The notes beneath the pieces are model-generated. The model was not told where the DNA came from. It ran no database searches and worked only from the letters and a program-made list of their open reading frames with translations. 64,000 nucleotides of DNA from Candidatus Omnitrophota bacterium. GTDB lineage: Bacteria; Omnitrophota; Gorgyraeia; Zapsychrales; Zapsychraceae. The translations under genes and the position numbers were made by a program. The stretch's first letter is position 1. Each line of letters starts with the position of its first letter. Positions 18,635 through 27,884 of the stretch are shown here, in pieces. The stretch lies in the NCBI GenBank assembly GCA_035292445.1, contig DATDQB010000003.1, positions 9,692 through 73,691 on the forward strand, in the 5' to 3' direction.

Positions 18635-20212
18635 CTAAGGCCCCAAATCATAAACAAGCGCCGCGGCATTGCGCGCCTTTGTGCTTGGGCCTGCTTTGCC
18701 TTCCCTGTCAAGATAGGCTGGTATGAACTCCGGTAGGCGCAACCGCGGATGGCTATAGACGAGCCACGTCCTTTTGTTCTCCCCGAACACCCCGCGCCCG
18801 CTCAGATAATGCTTCGTAAAGTCTTCCGTTGACGCCGATGTCGCGTAGCAGCCGCGCTCGTCAAATGACACGCTCATCGGCCACAGGTAGATATAAGGGC
18901 CCCGGGCATCATGAAAAACCTCATCGGAAAACTTGATCAAACGGGCCTCCGGCTCTTTCCACCCGAAATAACAGTGATAATAAACATAGCCGTACTGGGC
19001 CGAATCATTGATGTAAAGGCTGTCCTGCGGCTGTTTTTGCCCCTTCAAGACCGCCATGACGCTGCGGATATCTTCCTTGCTTTGCTGATGAGAGATGTAA
19101 CCCAAGGCTGAGCGCAGCGGATAAAAGAGCAGAAGTACGGCCGTTACAGCAGCCAACAGCGGCCGCACGGCCGGGGACTGAAATTGCCAAAATTGAAAAG
19201 CCCCCTGCACTAGCAAACACAAGGTGAGCGGCATCAGAAAAAGGAGCATCCGGCTTTCAAAAGGATACAGCCGCATTGCAGACAAAAAGAACATCAAAAC
19301 AACGGGCGCTGCCAAAAATAACGTCATCCGTTCCTTTTTGCTGACCGCTGTTGCCAAGCCCACGATAATAAAGAAAACACCAAGGCCTGCCGGCAGCCCA
19401 AGACCCTCGCGGAAGAACCCTTCTGTTTGGGCGGCGATCCATCCGGCGTTTTCCATCAACCCATTTTGTAAAGGCGCGAAACTCCCGTGCCAATATCGCA
19501 AAAGCCCCTCGTCCTGCAGGAAATACCGAAGGGACAATTTAAAATAGCTGATAAAAGCCAGGGCCCAGAAAGATAACATCAATGCCAGCCAACGGGCCTT
19601 GCGCCCCTCGCCGCTTCGAAGGTAAAAAATAAAAGAAAGCCCGCCCCAGGACATCAGCACAACAATGCCGATAAAAGAAAAATAAATGCCGGCAACCCCG
19701 ACCAGCGTCAGCGCGAGCAAGCGCCGCCAGCTGAAAAAAACCTTCTCGATGTTTAAAAACAACAAAAGAAAGCCCAGCGCCACCATGCAATCGAGCGAAA
19801 ACGGCTTAAGTTGGTTGGCATATTGGATCGGCATCGGGGCAAAGCTGAACAAGGCTAGCGCCAGCACATCCCAGGGGTAAATAAAAAATTTTTGCGTGAC
19901 GCGGGCGAACAGCCACAACGAAGCGAGAGCGCTCGCCAGAGGAAGCAGCCTCAACACCATCTCATGGGGGCCGAGGAAAGATACCAACGCCTTCTGCGCC
20001 CAAAGAAAACCGGCCGGATAAGCGTGCATTTTCCCAAAATCGGAGCCGCCCCTTTGGATCATTTCCCCCATGGAAAGTGAGATCAGTTTGTAGGCGGTTG
20101 CCGCCTCGTCCAGCCACAGCGGGTGGTTCGCAAAGTATTCCTGAAGACGGAAAAAAACGCCCAGCAAAATTATTCCCCAGACGGATGCGTTCTTCAGGGT
20201 ATTTTTGGCCAT
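18635..20212 (-). CDS. GT-C fold membrane glycosyltransferase (ArnT/PMT-like), paralog of the 8794 gene
   Basis: 525 aa, more than 10 TM. First loop motif LWLDEA (DE motif of GT39/GT83). C-terminal soluble domain. Confidence 0.6.
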   Translation of the reverse strand: MAKNTLKNASVWGIILLGVFFRLQEYFANHPLWLDEAATAYKLISLSMGEMIQRGGSDFGKMHAYPAGFLWAQKALVSFLGPHEMVLRLLPLASALASLWLFARVTQKFFIYPWDVLALALFSFAPMPIQYANQLKPFSLDCMVALGFLLLFLNIEKVFFSWRRLLALTLVGVAGIYFSFIGIVVLMSWGGLSFIFYLRSGEGRKARWLALMLSFWALAFISYFKLSLRYFLQDEGLLRYWHGSFAPLQNGLMENAGWIAAQTEGFFREGLGLPAGLGVFFIIVGLATAVSKKERMTLFLAAPVVLMFFLSAMRLYPFESRMLLFLMPLTLCLLVQGAFQFWQFQSPAVRPLLAAVTAVLLLFYPLRSALGYISHQQSKEDIRSVMAVLKGQKQPQDSLYINDSAQYGYVYYHCYFGWKEPEARLIKFSDEVFHDARGPYIYLWPMSVSFDERGCYATSASTEDFTKHYLSGRGVFGENKRTWLVYSHPRLRLPEFIPAYLDREGKAGPSTKARNAAALVYDLGP

Positions 20213-20217
20213 AAAAA

Positions 20218-22554
20218 TTATTTCTGCTGTTGCGCCCTCTCGAATTCGAGGAGGTAAAAGGCGTCAACGAGATGCCCCAATTCTTTGGCTTTATTGATGT
20301 CTGCCCAGGCAGAATTGTATTCTTTAAGCTCGTACTCAACGAGCGACCTTAGGAAATAAACTTCCGCCAGGCCCGTATCGAGCAAAAGGGCCATATCATA
20401 ATCATCTTTGGCCTTTTTATAAACTTTTAGCCGGTAATACAGTTTGCCGCGCTCGGTGTAGGCCTGCGCCAGCTTGGGGTTTATTTCAATGATCTTGCTG
20501 AAATCAAGCAAGGCGGCATGAAAATCTTCCCGGAGCATCAGTGTGAGCACCCGGTGGCTAAGGGCCTCAAAATGATTGGGGCGCAAATCAAGCACTTTAT
20601 TGAAATCAGACAAAGCCTCAGGGTGCTTGTTCATCTGCTGGTAAATTTCTCCCCGGGTTAAAAGCGCATTGATATGCCCCGGTTCAACCTGGAGGATGGA
20701 CGTAAAGTCCAATAACGCGAGATCTTTTTTATCGAGAATCAAGTAGGTCAAGGCGCGGTTATAAAAGGCATCCACATAACGCCTGTTGATCTCAATGGCC
20801 TTGCTAAAATCCTGCAAGGCCGCCTCAAATTGCTTTCCTCGCAAATAAATGGTCCCGCGGTTGCTGTAGGCTTGGTAAGAGCCCGGCTCCACCTCAATGG
20901 CTTTATTGAAATCGTCGAGAGCAAGCTGCATCAGGCCCTTTTGCCCGTAGCATATCCCTCTGTTGCTATAGGCGCCCATCATCTGGGTATTGAGCTCAAT
21001 GGCTTTGCTGAAATCTTTGATGGCCTGATCGCAATCATTGCTTTTTTGGTAGAGCGTGCCCCGCGTGGCATACAGAAAAGACTGCTGGGGGTGCGCCTCG
21101 ATCGCCTTGTTTAAATCGTTAAAGGCCATGTCCCCTTTCCCCATGTCTATATAGATGTTTGCCCGGTTATTCAAAACATGAAGGTATCCGGGGTTGAGCA
21201 TAAGCGCTTTATTGAAATACTGTAGCGCGCGTTCGTTGTCTTTTTTCTTCATGTATTCATAGCCTAAGTTATAATAAGGTCGCGGATTGAGCGGCGCTTT
21301 CTCAATAGCATCTTTCCACAATACGATTGGGTCCTGCCACACTTTATTACGTTGATAGGTTAAAATCATAAGAATGCAACCAATGATGCCGATCACGGCT
21401 AAAAAAAAATTTTTATTTTTGATAAGCTCGTAAACCGTAAAAACGGCGGAAATGCTCAATCCCGCAAGCGGCAAATACGCGCGGTGCTCAAAAATCACGT
21501 GGCGGATGGGGATGACGCTTGATTCGACGAGGCTGGTCAAAAAGAAGAAATATATGCCAAAGGAGACCAAAGGATGGCGACGGTGCACTTTGGCGCCGAA
21601 AGCCAGCAACAATAAAAGAAAAGCCGCGCTGGCAAACGTTTGCCCTTCAAAAAAACCCCGCGAAACGGGCATATAATGGTCGATGGTCTGCCCGATCGGA
21701 AGAAAGAACAGGCTGATATATTTCACCAGCACGCGAAACTGCGTACAAAGGTAAGTGTACGCGTTGATGTCCCCGGGAATATAATTGCCCGGCTCCAGCG
21801 TGACGAAAAAGACCTGCCTGAAATTAAAACGGTAAAGCGCCGGGACGATCAGCGCCAACAGGATAATGGCCGGCACCGCCACCTTCATCCACCGCCGGCG
21901 CTCCTTAGAATCGGGAACGAACATCCATTCCGCCATAAGGATACAAAACGGCAGCGTGAAGGCTATTTGTTTAGTGAACATGGCCAATAAAGCGCTCATC
22001 AAAGACGCAACCAACACAACGATCCGCAGGTAAGGCTTAAGGCCGCCGAGCCGGGCCTTAAGGTAAAGGCAAACGCTCAATAGGTAAAAAAGCGTCGCTA
22101 GCGACGCGAAACGCTGCATGATATAGGTCACGGCCTGGGTCTGTAACGGATGGGCCAAAAAAATGAGCGCGGCACAAAAGGCCAATGCCTCGCCATGTTG
22201 TTTCAACGGTTGAACCGTGCTCTTGGGTGAGCTTAACAGCAGCCGGGTGAGCCACCACAGGAGAATGGCATTCATAAGGTGGATCCCTACGTTGACAACA
22301 TGATAACCCAACACCTCCAAGCCGTGCAAATGGTAATTGATGGCAAAGGTCAAATAACCGATGACCCGAAAGAGCCCGTAAGCCTCAATGATCCCGCTTA
22401 GATCGGGAAAGTTCCTTATGGTCGGATTTTCCACGATGTAAGGCTCGTCATCGAACTGAAAAGGCACGTTAAAGCTGTTGGAATATATCGCGAGGCCTAT
22501 CAGCGCCAAAAGGCCAGCCGGGAAAATAAGCTTTGGTCTCAAATTGATCTTCAT
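20218..22554 (-). CDS. TMTC-like GT-C membrane protein with long C-terminal TPR array (about 10 repeats)
   Basis: 778 aa. N-terminal FQFDDEPYIVENP...YHVVNVGIHLMNAILLWW is paralogous to the 6918 and 22551 genes. Many TPR units (AYSNRGICYGQKG..., YNLGYEYMKKKDNERALQYF...). Confidence 0.75.
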   Translation of the reverse strand: MKINLRPKLIFPAGLLALIGLAIYSNSFNVPFQFDDEPYIVENPTIRNFPDLSGIIEAYGLFRVIGYLTFAINYHLHGLEVLGYHVVNVGIHLMNAILLWWLTRLLLSSPKSTVQPLKQHGEALAFCAALIFLAHPLQTQAVTYIMQRFASLATLFYLLSVCLYLKARLGGLKPYLRIVVLVASLMSALLAMFTKQIAFTLPFCILMAEWMFVPDSKERRRWMKVAVPAIILLALIVPALYRFNFRQVFFVTLEPGNYIPGDINAYTYLCTQFRVLVKYISLFFLPIGQTIDHYMPVSRGFFEGQTFASAAFLLLLLAFGAKVHRRHPLVSFGIYFFFLTSLVESSVIPIRHVIFEHRAYLPLAGLSISAVFTVYELIKNKNFFLAVIGIIGCILMILTYQRNKVWQDPIVLWKDAIEKAPLNPRPYYNLGYEYMKKKDNERALQYFNKALMLNPGYLHVLNNRANIYIDMGKGDMAFNDLNKAIEAHPQQSFLYATRGTLYQKSNDCDQAIKDFSKAIELNTQMMGAYSNRGICYGQKGLMQLALDDFNKAIEVEPGSYQAYSNRGTIYLRGKQFEAALQDFSKAIEINRRYVDAFYNRALTYLILDKKDLALLDFTSILQVEPGHINALLTRGEIYQQMNKHPEALSDFNKVLDLRPNHFEALSHRVLTLMLREDFHAALLDFSKIIEINPKLAQAYTERGKLYYRLKVYKKAKDDYDMALLLDTGLAEVYFLRSLVEYELKEYNSAWADINKAKELGHLVDAFYLLEFERAQQQK

Positions 22555-24572
22555 TGAGCTGCTCCCGCCGTCTTCATTTCCCTTGCCTTGGAAAGGTTCT
22601 TGATGGCGCTCACATAATCCGGCTTGATCTGCAGGATCCGCACAAACATCGCTTCGGCCTTTTCATATTGCCCGTGTTTCCCATAGATCACGCCTAAAAC
22701 ATTCATCGCGTCGAGATTATTCGGGTCCTGCGATAAAACGTTCTCCAGATAAACCTTGGCCAACTCCTCATTGCCCTCCTCATAAAGAAGAAGCCCCAGG
22801 TTATTGTTGGCCTCAATATAATCCGGCTCAAGAAGAAGCGCCTGCTCATAATATTCCCGCGCCTTCGGCCGGTCGTTCAAGCGGAAATGAAGAAACCCTA
22901 AATTGTTCATCGCCTCGATGTATTGCGGGTCGAGGGAGAGCGCCTGCTCATAATATTTTTTAGCCTCCTCAAGATCGCCTTCCTCCAAAAGGACATTGGC
23001 CAGGTTGTTCAGGGCCTCTTTATTGGTGGCCCTCGCTTCAATGGCCTGCCTGTACAACTCTTTGGCCTCCTGCGCCTTTCCGTCATAGTACATCGCCAAG
23101 CCCTGGTTATTCAACGTCTCGCTGTCAAAAACGCTTTTATCCATTGTTTGTTGCATAAGGCTCATGGCCTCCTGGTCGCGGCCCATCTCCTGCGTAACGC
23201 GAACAAGATTGGAAAGGGCTTCGGGATTCGCCGCCTTCATCGCCAGCGCTTTCTTGAAATAAAGCTCGGCTTCCTGCCAATTTCCTTTTTCGGCGTATAT
23301 CGCGCCCAAATTATTGTACGCCTGGACAAAACTGGGGTTAAGCCGGATGATGCGCTGATAAAAAGCGACCGGCTCGCCCCAAACGAGGCTCTGAGCGGCC
23401 GTCAGAACACCGTATATAACGGCCAAGACAACCACCAGTGCGCCGGCCATATGTTTCAAAGGCGCCGATATACCGACGATCATGAGAGAAACTCCCAGGT
23501 AAAAACCGATGGATGCCGTATAAAGCCAGTGCTCGGCCATGTACGCGTTCATGGGGTATATGTTCGCAACCGGTAAAAGCGCGGCCAGAAACCAGGCGCA
23601 GGCAAAAAAAACCGTGCGGCGGCCGCGCCAATATATTGCGCCTAAACAAAGCATCCCGAGGATAACCAACCCTGCCCAGGCCCTAAGGTCCGCAAACGTA
23701 AAGACCATGAGCCCGTAGCCCATGTGCAGATCCTGCGGCCACAGTAGAAGCCTCGCATATTCGAATAACGCGACAAAAGATCCTGGCAAACGATCCATGA
23801 GCGTTGTTTTGACGGCCCCTGAAACCTCGTCGCCGAAACGCCCGGCAGCGTAGACGATAGCCAATAATCCGACGGGAATAAGCCCCTCCCAGGAAGACCT
23901 CTTTTCATGGGCAAGATGGATAAGGACCAGTAACGCAGGCGCGATCACCGCGTATTCTTTGGATAAAAGCGCGGCCGCAACAAAAACGCAGGCGCCGGCC
24001 AACAAACGTTTCTTGCCCCGCACCAGGTATCTTTCATAGCATAGGCACGAGAGAAGTATGAACAGCGCGACCAATAGATCCGCCCGGGAGGAAATGTAAA
24101 CAACGCTTTCCGTCTGGATGGGATGAATAAGGAAAAATAACGCCGTCAAAAAAGAAACGGCCCGTTGGGCAAACAGCGCATCGATAAGGAAGAATAATGC
24201 TATCCCCGTTGCCGCATGAAGAAGGATGTTGCTTAAATGAAAACCAAAAGGATTAAGGCCCCACAACCGCGCGTCAAACTTGTAGCTTAACATCTGCAGC
24301 GGCCGGTAAAAGCTCTCTTCGCTCCCGCCCAACACATTGCGCTGGAAAATTGGCGCCAGATTGCCCGGCGACTTGATGAGCTCATTGTTGACGATGAGCC
24401 CGTGATCGTCCCAGATAAAGGGGCTGAAAAGCGCTTTGGCGTAAATTAATAAAGTTGCCCCCACCAATAGGGAACACGCCAAGGCCTTGGAAGAAAGGAA
24501 CCGGAAAGGCAAGTTAGGTTGGATGGGTTTCATAAGAATGTCGGATCCTGCTTCGCTAAATTGCTTTCGCAT
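22551..24572 (-). CDS. TMTC-like GT-C membrane protein with C-terminal TPR array
   Basis: 673 aa. FIWDDHGLIVNNELIKSP...FHLSNILLHAATGIALFFL N-terminal domain, TM helices and TPRs. ATGA start/stop overlap with the upstream paralog points to an operon. Confidence 0.75.
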   Translation of the reverse strand: MRKQFSEAGSDILMKPIQPNLPFRFLSSKALACSLLVGATLLIYAKALFSPFIWDDHGLIVNNELIKSPGNLAPIFQRNVLGGSEESFYRPLQMLSYKFDARLWGLNPFGFHLSNILLHAATGIALFFLIDALFAQRAVSFLTALFFLIHPIQTESVVYISSRADLLVALFILLSCLCYERYLVRGKKRLLAGACVFVAAALLSKEYAVIAPALLVLIHLAHEKRSSWEGLIPVGLLAIVYAAGRFGDEVSGAVKTTLMDRLPGSFVALFEYARLLLWPQDLHMGYGLMVFTFADLRAWAGLVILGMLCLGAIYWRGRRTVFFACAWFLAALLPVANIYPMNAYMAEHWLYTASIGFYLGVSLMIVGISAPLKHMAGALVVVLAVIYGVLTAAQSLVWGEPVAFYQRIIRLNPSFVQAYNNLGAIYAEKGNWQEAELYFKKALAMKAANPEALSNLVRVTQEMGRDQEAMSLMQQTMDKSVFDSETLNNQGLAMYYDGKAQEAKELYRQAIEARATNKEALNNLANVLLEEGDLEEAKKYYEQALSLDPQYIEAMNNLGFLHFRLNDRPKAREYYEQALLLEPDYIEANNNLGLLLYEEGNEELAKVYLENVLSQDPNNLDAMNVLGVIYGKHGQYEKAEAMFVRILQIKPDYVSAIKNLSKAREMKTAGAAQ

Positions 24573-24590
24573 TTAGCTACGCAGGACAAC

Positions 24591-24679
24591 AGGCTTCGTT
24601 ATCTAAAATTTCGCCAGAACTACGCCTGACTTTCGGCGTAGCCAGGCGTAGTTCAACGCGAAAGCTGTTGAACGAAGCC
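24591..24679. terminator. nested perfect inverted repeats downstream of tRNA-Ser(CGA)
   Basis: gaactacgcctg-N14-caggcgtagttc (12-bp arms) is nested inside ggcttcgtt...aacgaagcc. This is the likely tRNA terminator/processing structure. Confidence 0.4.
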
Positions 24680-24767
24680 TGGCGGAGAGGCTGGGATTTG
24701 AACCCAGGAGGCCTTTCGACCTAACGCTTTTCGAGAGCGTCGCTTTCAACCACTCAGCCACCTCTCC
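24680..24767 (-). tRNA. tRNA-Ser (anticodon CGA), CCA encoded
   Basis: Reverse complement: GGAGAGGTGGCTGAGTGGTTGAAAGCGACGCTCTCGAAAAGCGTTAGGTCGAAAGGCCTCCTGGGTTCAAATCCCAGCCTCTCCGCCA. Anticodon loop CTCGAAA. Long variable arm. Confidence 0.85.
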
Positions 24768-24836
24768 AGAAATTTTCTTCGAAAATTTTTGGATCTCGAG
24801 CCCCGCCAAAGGCGGGGCGAGAAATCTCAAACTTTG
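24768..24836. promoter_or_regulatory. conserved twin-hairpin element (AT-rich palindrome + GC hairpin GGATCTCGAGCCCCGCC-AAAG-GCGGGGCGAG) upstream of tRNA-Ser; also the terminator of the upstream gene
   Basis: A near-identical 41-nt copy lies at 27908-27949 upstream of tRNA-Ser(TGA). The AT palindrome differs in sequence but keeps its pairing (aaattttc/gaaaattt versus ataaatttg/caaatttat). Confidence 0.55.
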
Positions 24837-25588
24837 GTTCTTACCCACCCCGTATAGGCCTTCAGTTGCTCGATGTCATCGGGGCGGAAGATCTCATAAA
24901 TTTTAACCAAAGGAACGTGGCTGTCCAGCAGTTTCTTGATGAAGGCGTTCCTAAGCCGCTCGTCTTTGAAATCACTCCATTTAAGCAGCTTGAAACGCTC
25001 ATCCAGCATGGCCTCACCGATCAGGTATCTCAAAACCAGCTGCTCTTTGCTGTTGGCGACCCGTTGGTATTCCCGCAGCTCTTTTTCCGCCATCACCGCC
25101 GGAGCCTTGAGGGCGAGCGCTTTGACATGAAGCAGCGGATTGTCGTTCAGGTAAGACTTCTTGATGGCAAAATCCAACACGCACTGCAGAAGGAACAGTT
25201 GAAAATTAACCTCCGGTGGACCCTCCCCTTTTTCTCTTAAGCAATCGCGGTATTGTTCGGCCACGTTGGGGGTTATACGAGAGAGTTTTGTTTCGCGGGG
25301 CAGCTTTTCCTTTAAGAATTTCCCGAAGCGTTCGATGGCCTTTTTAAAATGCTCGAATGTGGCCGGCGGATGATTCCTTTGGGCTTCTTGCAGGAACTGG
25401 TTGAAAAAGATGCCGATATCCTGGTCAGGGATGACGTTGCTCATCGCCCCTTGCGGCAGGGAGCTTTCAATTTCCAAGAGGAGTTTTTGGGCGCGTTCTT
25501 TATCCTTGCCGGCGTATTTCTCAAACAGCAAGCCGTTGCCGTAAAACTGGACAAAATATTCATCGCCTCGTTTAATTATTTTTGCCAT
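24827..25588 (-). CDS. hypothetical protein with a segment resembling a tyrosine-recombinase N-terminal core-binding (SAM-like) domain; no catalytic domain
   Basis: ITPNVAEQYRDCLREKGEGPPEVNFQLFLLQCVLDFAIKKSYLNDNPLL resembles an integrase N-terminal domain. The R..HxxR..Y catalytic residues are not found. 253 aa. Confidence 0.4.
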   Translation of the reverse strand: MAKIIKRGDEYFVQFYGNGLLFEKYAGKDKERAQKLLLEIESSLPQGAMSNVIPDQDIGIFFNQFLQEAQRNHPPATFEHFKKAIERFGKFLKEKLPRETKLSRITPNVAEQYRDCLREKGEGPPEVNFQLFLLQCVLDFAIKKSYLNDNPLLHVKALALKAPAVMAEKELREYQRVANSKEQLVLRYLIGEAMLDERFKLLKWSDFKDERLRNAFIKKLLDSHVPLVKIYEIFRPDDIEQLKAYTGWVRTKV

Positions 25589-25623
25589 TTTTCATCCAAT
25601 GAATCAAGAGGTAGCGCGGATAT

Positions 25624-27105
25624 TTAGGAGAGAGGGACTTTTTGTCCTTCAAGAACTTCGATAAAGGCTTCCACCAAATCCTGGTCAAGCTCGTTTCTCA
25701 TGCTGCGCAGGATATCGCACGCCGCGTCTTTGGTAAAACGGTTGCGGTACGCGCGGTCCGTTGTCAGCGCGTCAAAGATATCGGCGATCTCAAGGATGCG
25801 CACCAAGGGTGAGATCTCATCGCCTTTTAAGCTGTCCGGATAACCGCTCCCATCGAGCTTTTCATGATGGTGGCGGATCAGGTCACACAGGTTATGTAAC
25901 GAACGTACCGGCTTGATGATGCTTTCGCCGATCTCGGTATGGCGTTTCATCAGATCCTTTTCCTGTTCGGTCAACTTGCCTTCTTTATTCAGCACCTCAT
26001 CGGGGATGCCGATCTTCCCGATGTCATGAAGGCGGGCAGCATCGCGCAGCGATTTGATATCCTCTTCGTCCAAGCCCAGCTTCTCTCCCATCATGACGCA
26101 GTATTTGGCCACGCGGTCCAGATGCCCGCGGGAATATTTGTCTTTGGCGTCAATGGCCAAGGCGAGCGCCGTGATGGTCTCAAAATAAGTCTTCTCGATG
26201 TCTTTATTGAGCTGCGCGTTCTGGATGGCGATCGCCGTCTGGCTGGCCAGGTTAAAGAGGAGGTTTTTTTCTTCTTCGTCAAACCGGCCGTGGTCTTTAC
26301 GGCCGCTCACCAAAATCACGCCGAGCACCTCGTCTTTGGTCACCATGGGCGCGCATATCAATGGCGGTTCAAACAGATGCGGCGCCTCATCGGCCTCCGA
26401 CAAATCGGAAATAGCCTGCTCCATGATGAGCGGCTGCTTGATGGAGATGACGGTATGAATCGTCGTGCCCTTTTCCAGCTTAAGGCGGATATCCTCATTG
26501 GGCTTTAATTTGACGCCGTAGACCGTCTTGACGTACAGCTCGTTTTTATCCTTGAGCATCAGCACTCCGACGTTACCGTTTAAGGCGTCGGTGACGGTCT
26601 CCACGATCAGATCAAGGAACGAATCGATGTTCTCCAGCGACGTCATGCCCTGGCCGACCTTGCTCAATACGGAATGGAGCGTCCTTTTGGCGAGCTCAAG
26701 GCTGCGGACGTTCTCATCCATGCGCTTGGTGATGATCTTGAACGCCTCGGCGAGGACATTGAGTTCGTTTTTTTCTTTCGTCAGCTCCTCGATCTCGCTG
26801 GGGCTTAAAGACTCCTCCATCAGCTCCCGGTTGGTCAGGATCAGATTGACCAGCTTGACCAATGCGGAGCGCATCGTAAAATACCCAAGGATGACGCCCA
26901 GGACCACGAAGATCATCGTTAAATTGAAATTCTCCTCAGAGATGGTGATCTGGCCGTAATCGCGCAGCTGCACATAGAAATAATACAGGACGACAGTGGG
27001 GATAAACGACATGAGCAAAAACAGGATGGAAAACTTCCTTAAGAGGGATGCGTTCTCAATGGACCCAACGACACGGCGTTTATGGATTTTTTTCTTTTTC
27101 TTCAT
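25624..27105 (-). CDS. membrane-anchored GAF + HD-GYP domain c-di-GMP phosphodiesterase
   Basis: HD motif RLHDIGKIGIP. HHEKLDGSGYP (HD-GYP signature). Upstream GAF-like region. N-terminal TM. Confidence 0.85.
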   Translation of the reverse strand: MKKKKKIHKRRVVGSIENASLLRKFSILFLLMSFIPTVVLYYFYVQLRDYGQITISEENFNLTMIFVVLGVILGYFTMRSALVKLVNLILTNRELMEESLSPSEIEELTKEKNELNVLAEAFKIITKRMDENVRSLELAKRTLHSVLSKVGQGMTSLENIDSFLDLIVETVTDALNGNVGVLMLKDKNELYVKTVYGVKLKPNEDIRLKLEKGTTIHTVISIKQPLIMEQAISDLSEADEAPHLFEPPLICAPMVTKDEVLGVILVSGRKDHGRFDEEEKNLLFNLASQTAIAIQNAQLNKDIEKTYFETITALALAIDAKDKYSRGHLDRVAKYCVMMGEKLGLDEEDIKSLRDAARLHDIGKIGIPDEVLNKEGKLTEQEKDLMKRHTEIGESIIKPVRSLHNLCDLIRHHHEKLDGSGYPDSLKGDEISPLVRILEIADIFDALTTDRAYRNRFTKDAACDILRSMRNELDQDLVEAFIEVLEGQKVPLS

Positions 27106-27193
27106 GAAAGTTTCCTGTGCGTGGACACTGCCTTAAATTATATAACCGTTGCCTGAAACAAGCTAATCATAATCTGAAAATTTTTCCCGCTCG

Positions 27194-27790
27194 TCACTTC
27201 TTCGTCAAGTTTCCGGCAACATAACCCGCCCTTGCCGTCCAGATTTCCCTGAGTTTCTGTGCCGCCAGGACCAAGGCTGGGTCCCATTGAAAGACAAAAC
27301 GAGGATCATGATTCGCTTTGTAAAACACGCCCAAAACCGTCAACTTGAACTCTTCAGACAAAAATTGCCAAAAAACCTCTTCCAATTGGGGGGATTTTCC
27401 GGGGCTCTTGACATATTCATCCGTATATTCCAGATGATAAAAGGTCGCCCCAAGGCCGCGGACATGCCCCTGGCTTTCCTCGATGCGCTCCAGCAGACTG
27501 GCCGGCGTGCGGTTTGCCTCCAAAACCGCGATGGCTTCATCGATCGCTTGATTTTGTTGCTGCCCCCTCAACGCCTGGAAATAAAACTGGAACTCCGGGT
27601 CCTCCCTCATCGTATCGACCATGCGGCGGATATCCGCGGAGGTGTAATCGGCCGGGGATCGGTACCTTTGGATGGCTTCCAAAAGAGGGTCTTTCTTCTT
27701 AAACGGCTGCGCCATCAAAAACAGCCCCGCGATGACAACGAACGTGACGGTCGCCGCGATGATGATGATTTTGTTCTTGAGCTCGATCAT
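27194..27790 (-). CDS. hypothetical N-terminally membrane-anchored protein
   Basis: 198 aa. Single N-terminal TM (IIIIAATVTFVVIAGLFLMA). No recognised motif. The start lies 10 nt downstream of the tRNA-Ser(TGA) 3' end. Confidence 0.5.
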   Translation of the reverse strand: MIELKNKIIIIAATVTFVVIAGLFLMAQPFKKKDPLLEAIQRYRSPADYTSADIRRMVDTMREDPEFQFYFQALRGQQQNQAIDEAIAVLEANRTPASLLERIEESQGHVRGLGATFYHLEYTDEYVKSPGKSPQLEEVFWQFLSEEFKLTVLGVFYKANHDPRFVFQWDPALVLAAQKLREIWTARAGYVAGNLTKK

Positions 27791-27799
27791 ACAAAATAA

Positions 27800-27884
27800 C
27801 GGAGGAGTAGGGATTCGAACCCCAGATGCCTCGCGGCATAACGGTTTTCAAGACCGCCGCATTCAACCACTCTGCCACTCCTCC
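27800..27884 (-). tRNA. tRNA-Ser (anticodon TGA)
   Basis: Reverse complement: GGAGGAGTGGCAGAGTGGTTGAATGCGGCGGTCTTGAAAACCGTTATGCCGCGAGGCATCTGGGGTTCGAATCCCTACTCCTCCG. Anticodon loop CTTGAAA. Long variable arm. No encoded CCA. Confidence 0.85.

Noticed and set aside
24791-24833. GGATCTCGAG (BglII-like/XhoI sites) in both hairpin copies; considered a cloning-vector or synthetic artefact
   Set aside because: The element occurs twice in different native contexts with covarying flanks and overlaps genuine stop codons. It is a natural palindrome, not vector sequence.
24603-24848. 81-aa and 82-aa minus-strand ORFs (24603-24848, 27699-27947) with ...VAEWLKA.../...VAEWLNA...
   Set aside because: They are read-through translations of tRNA-Ser genes. 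The AEWL peptide is the typical signature of translating a tRNA T-arm/acceptor.
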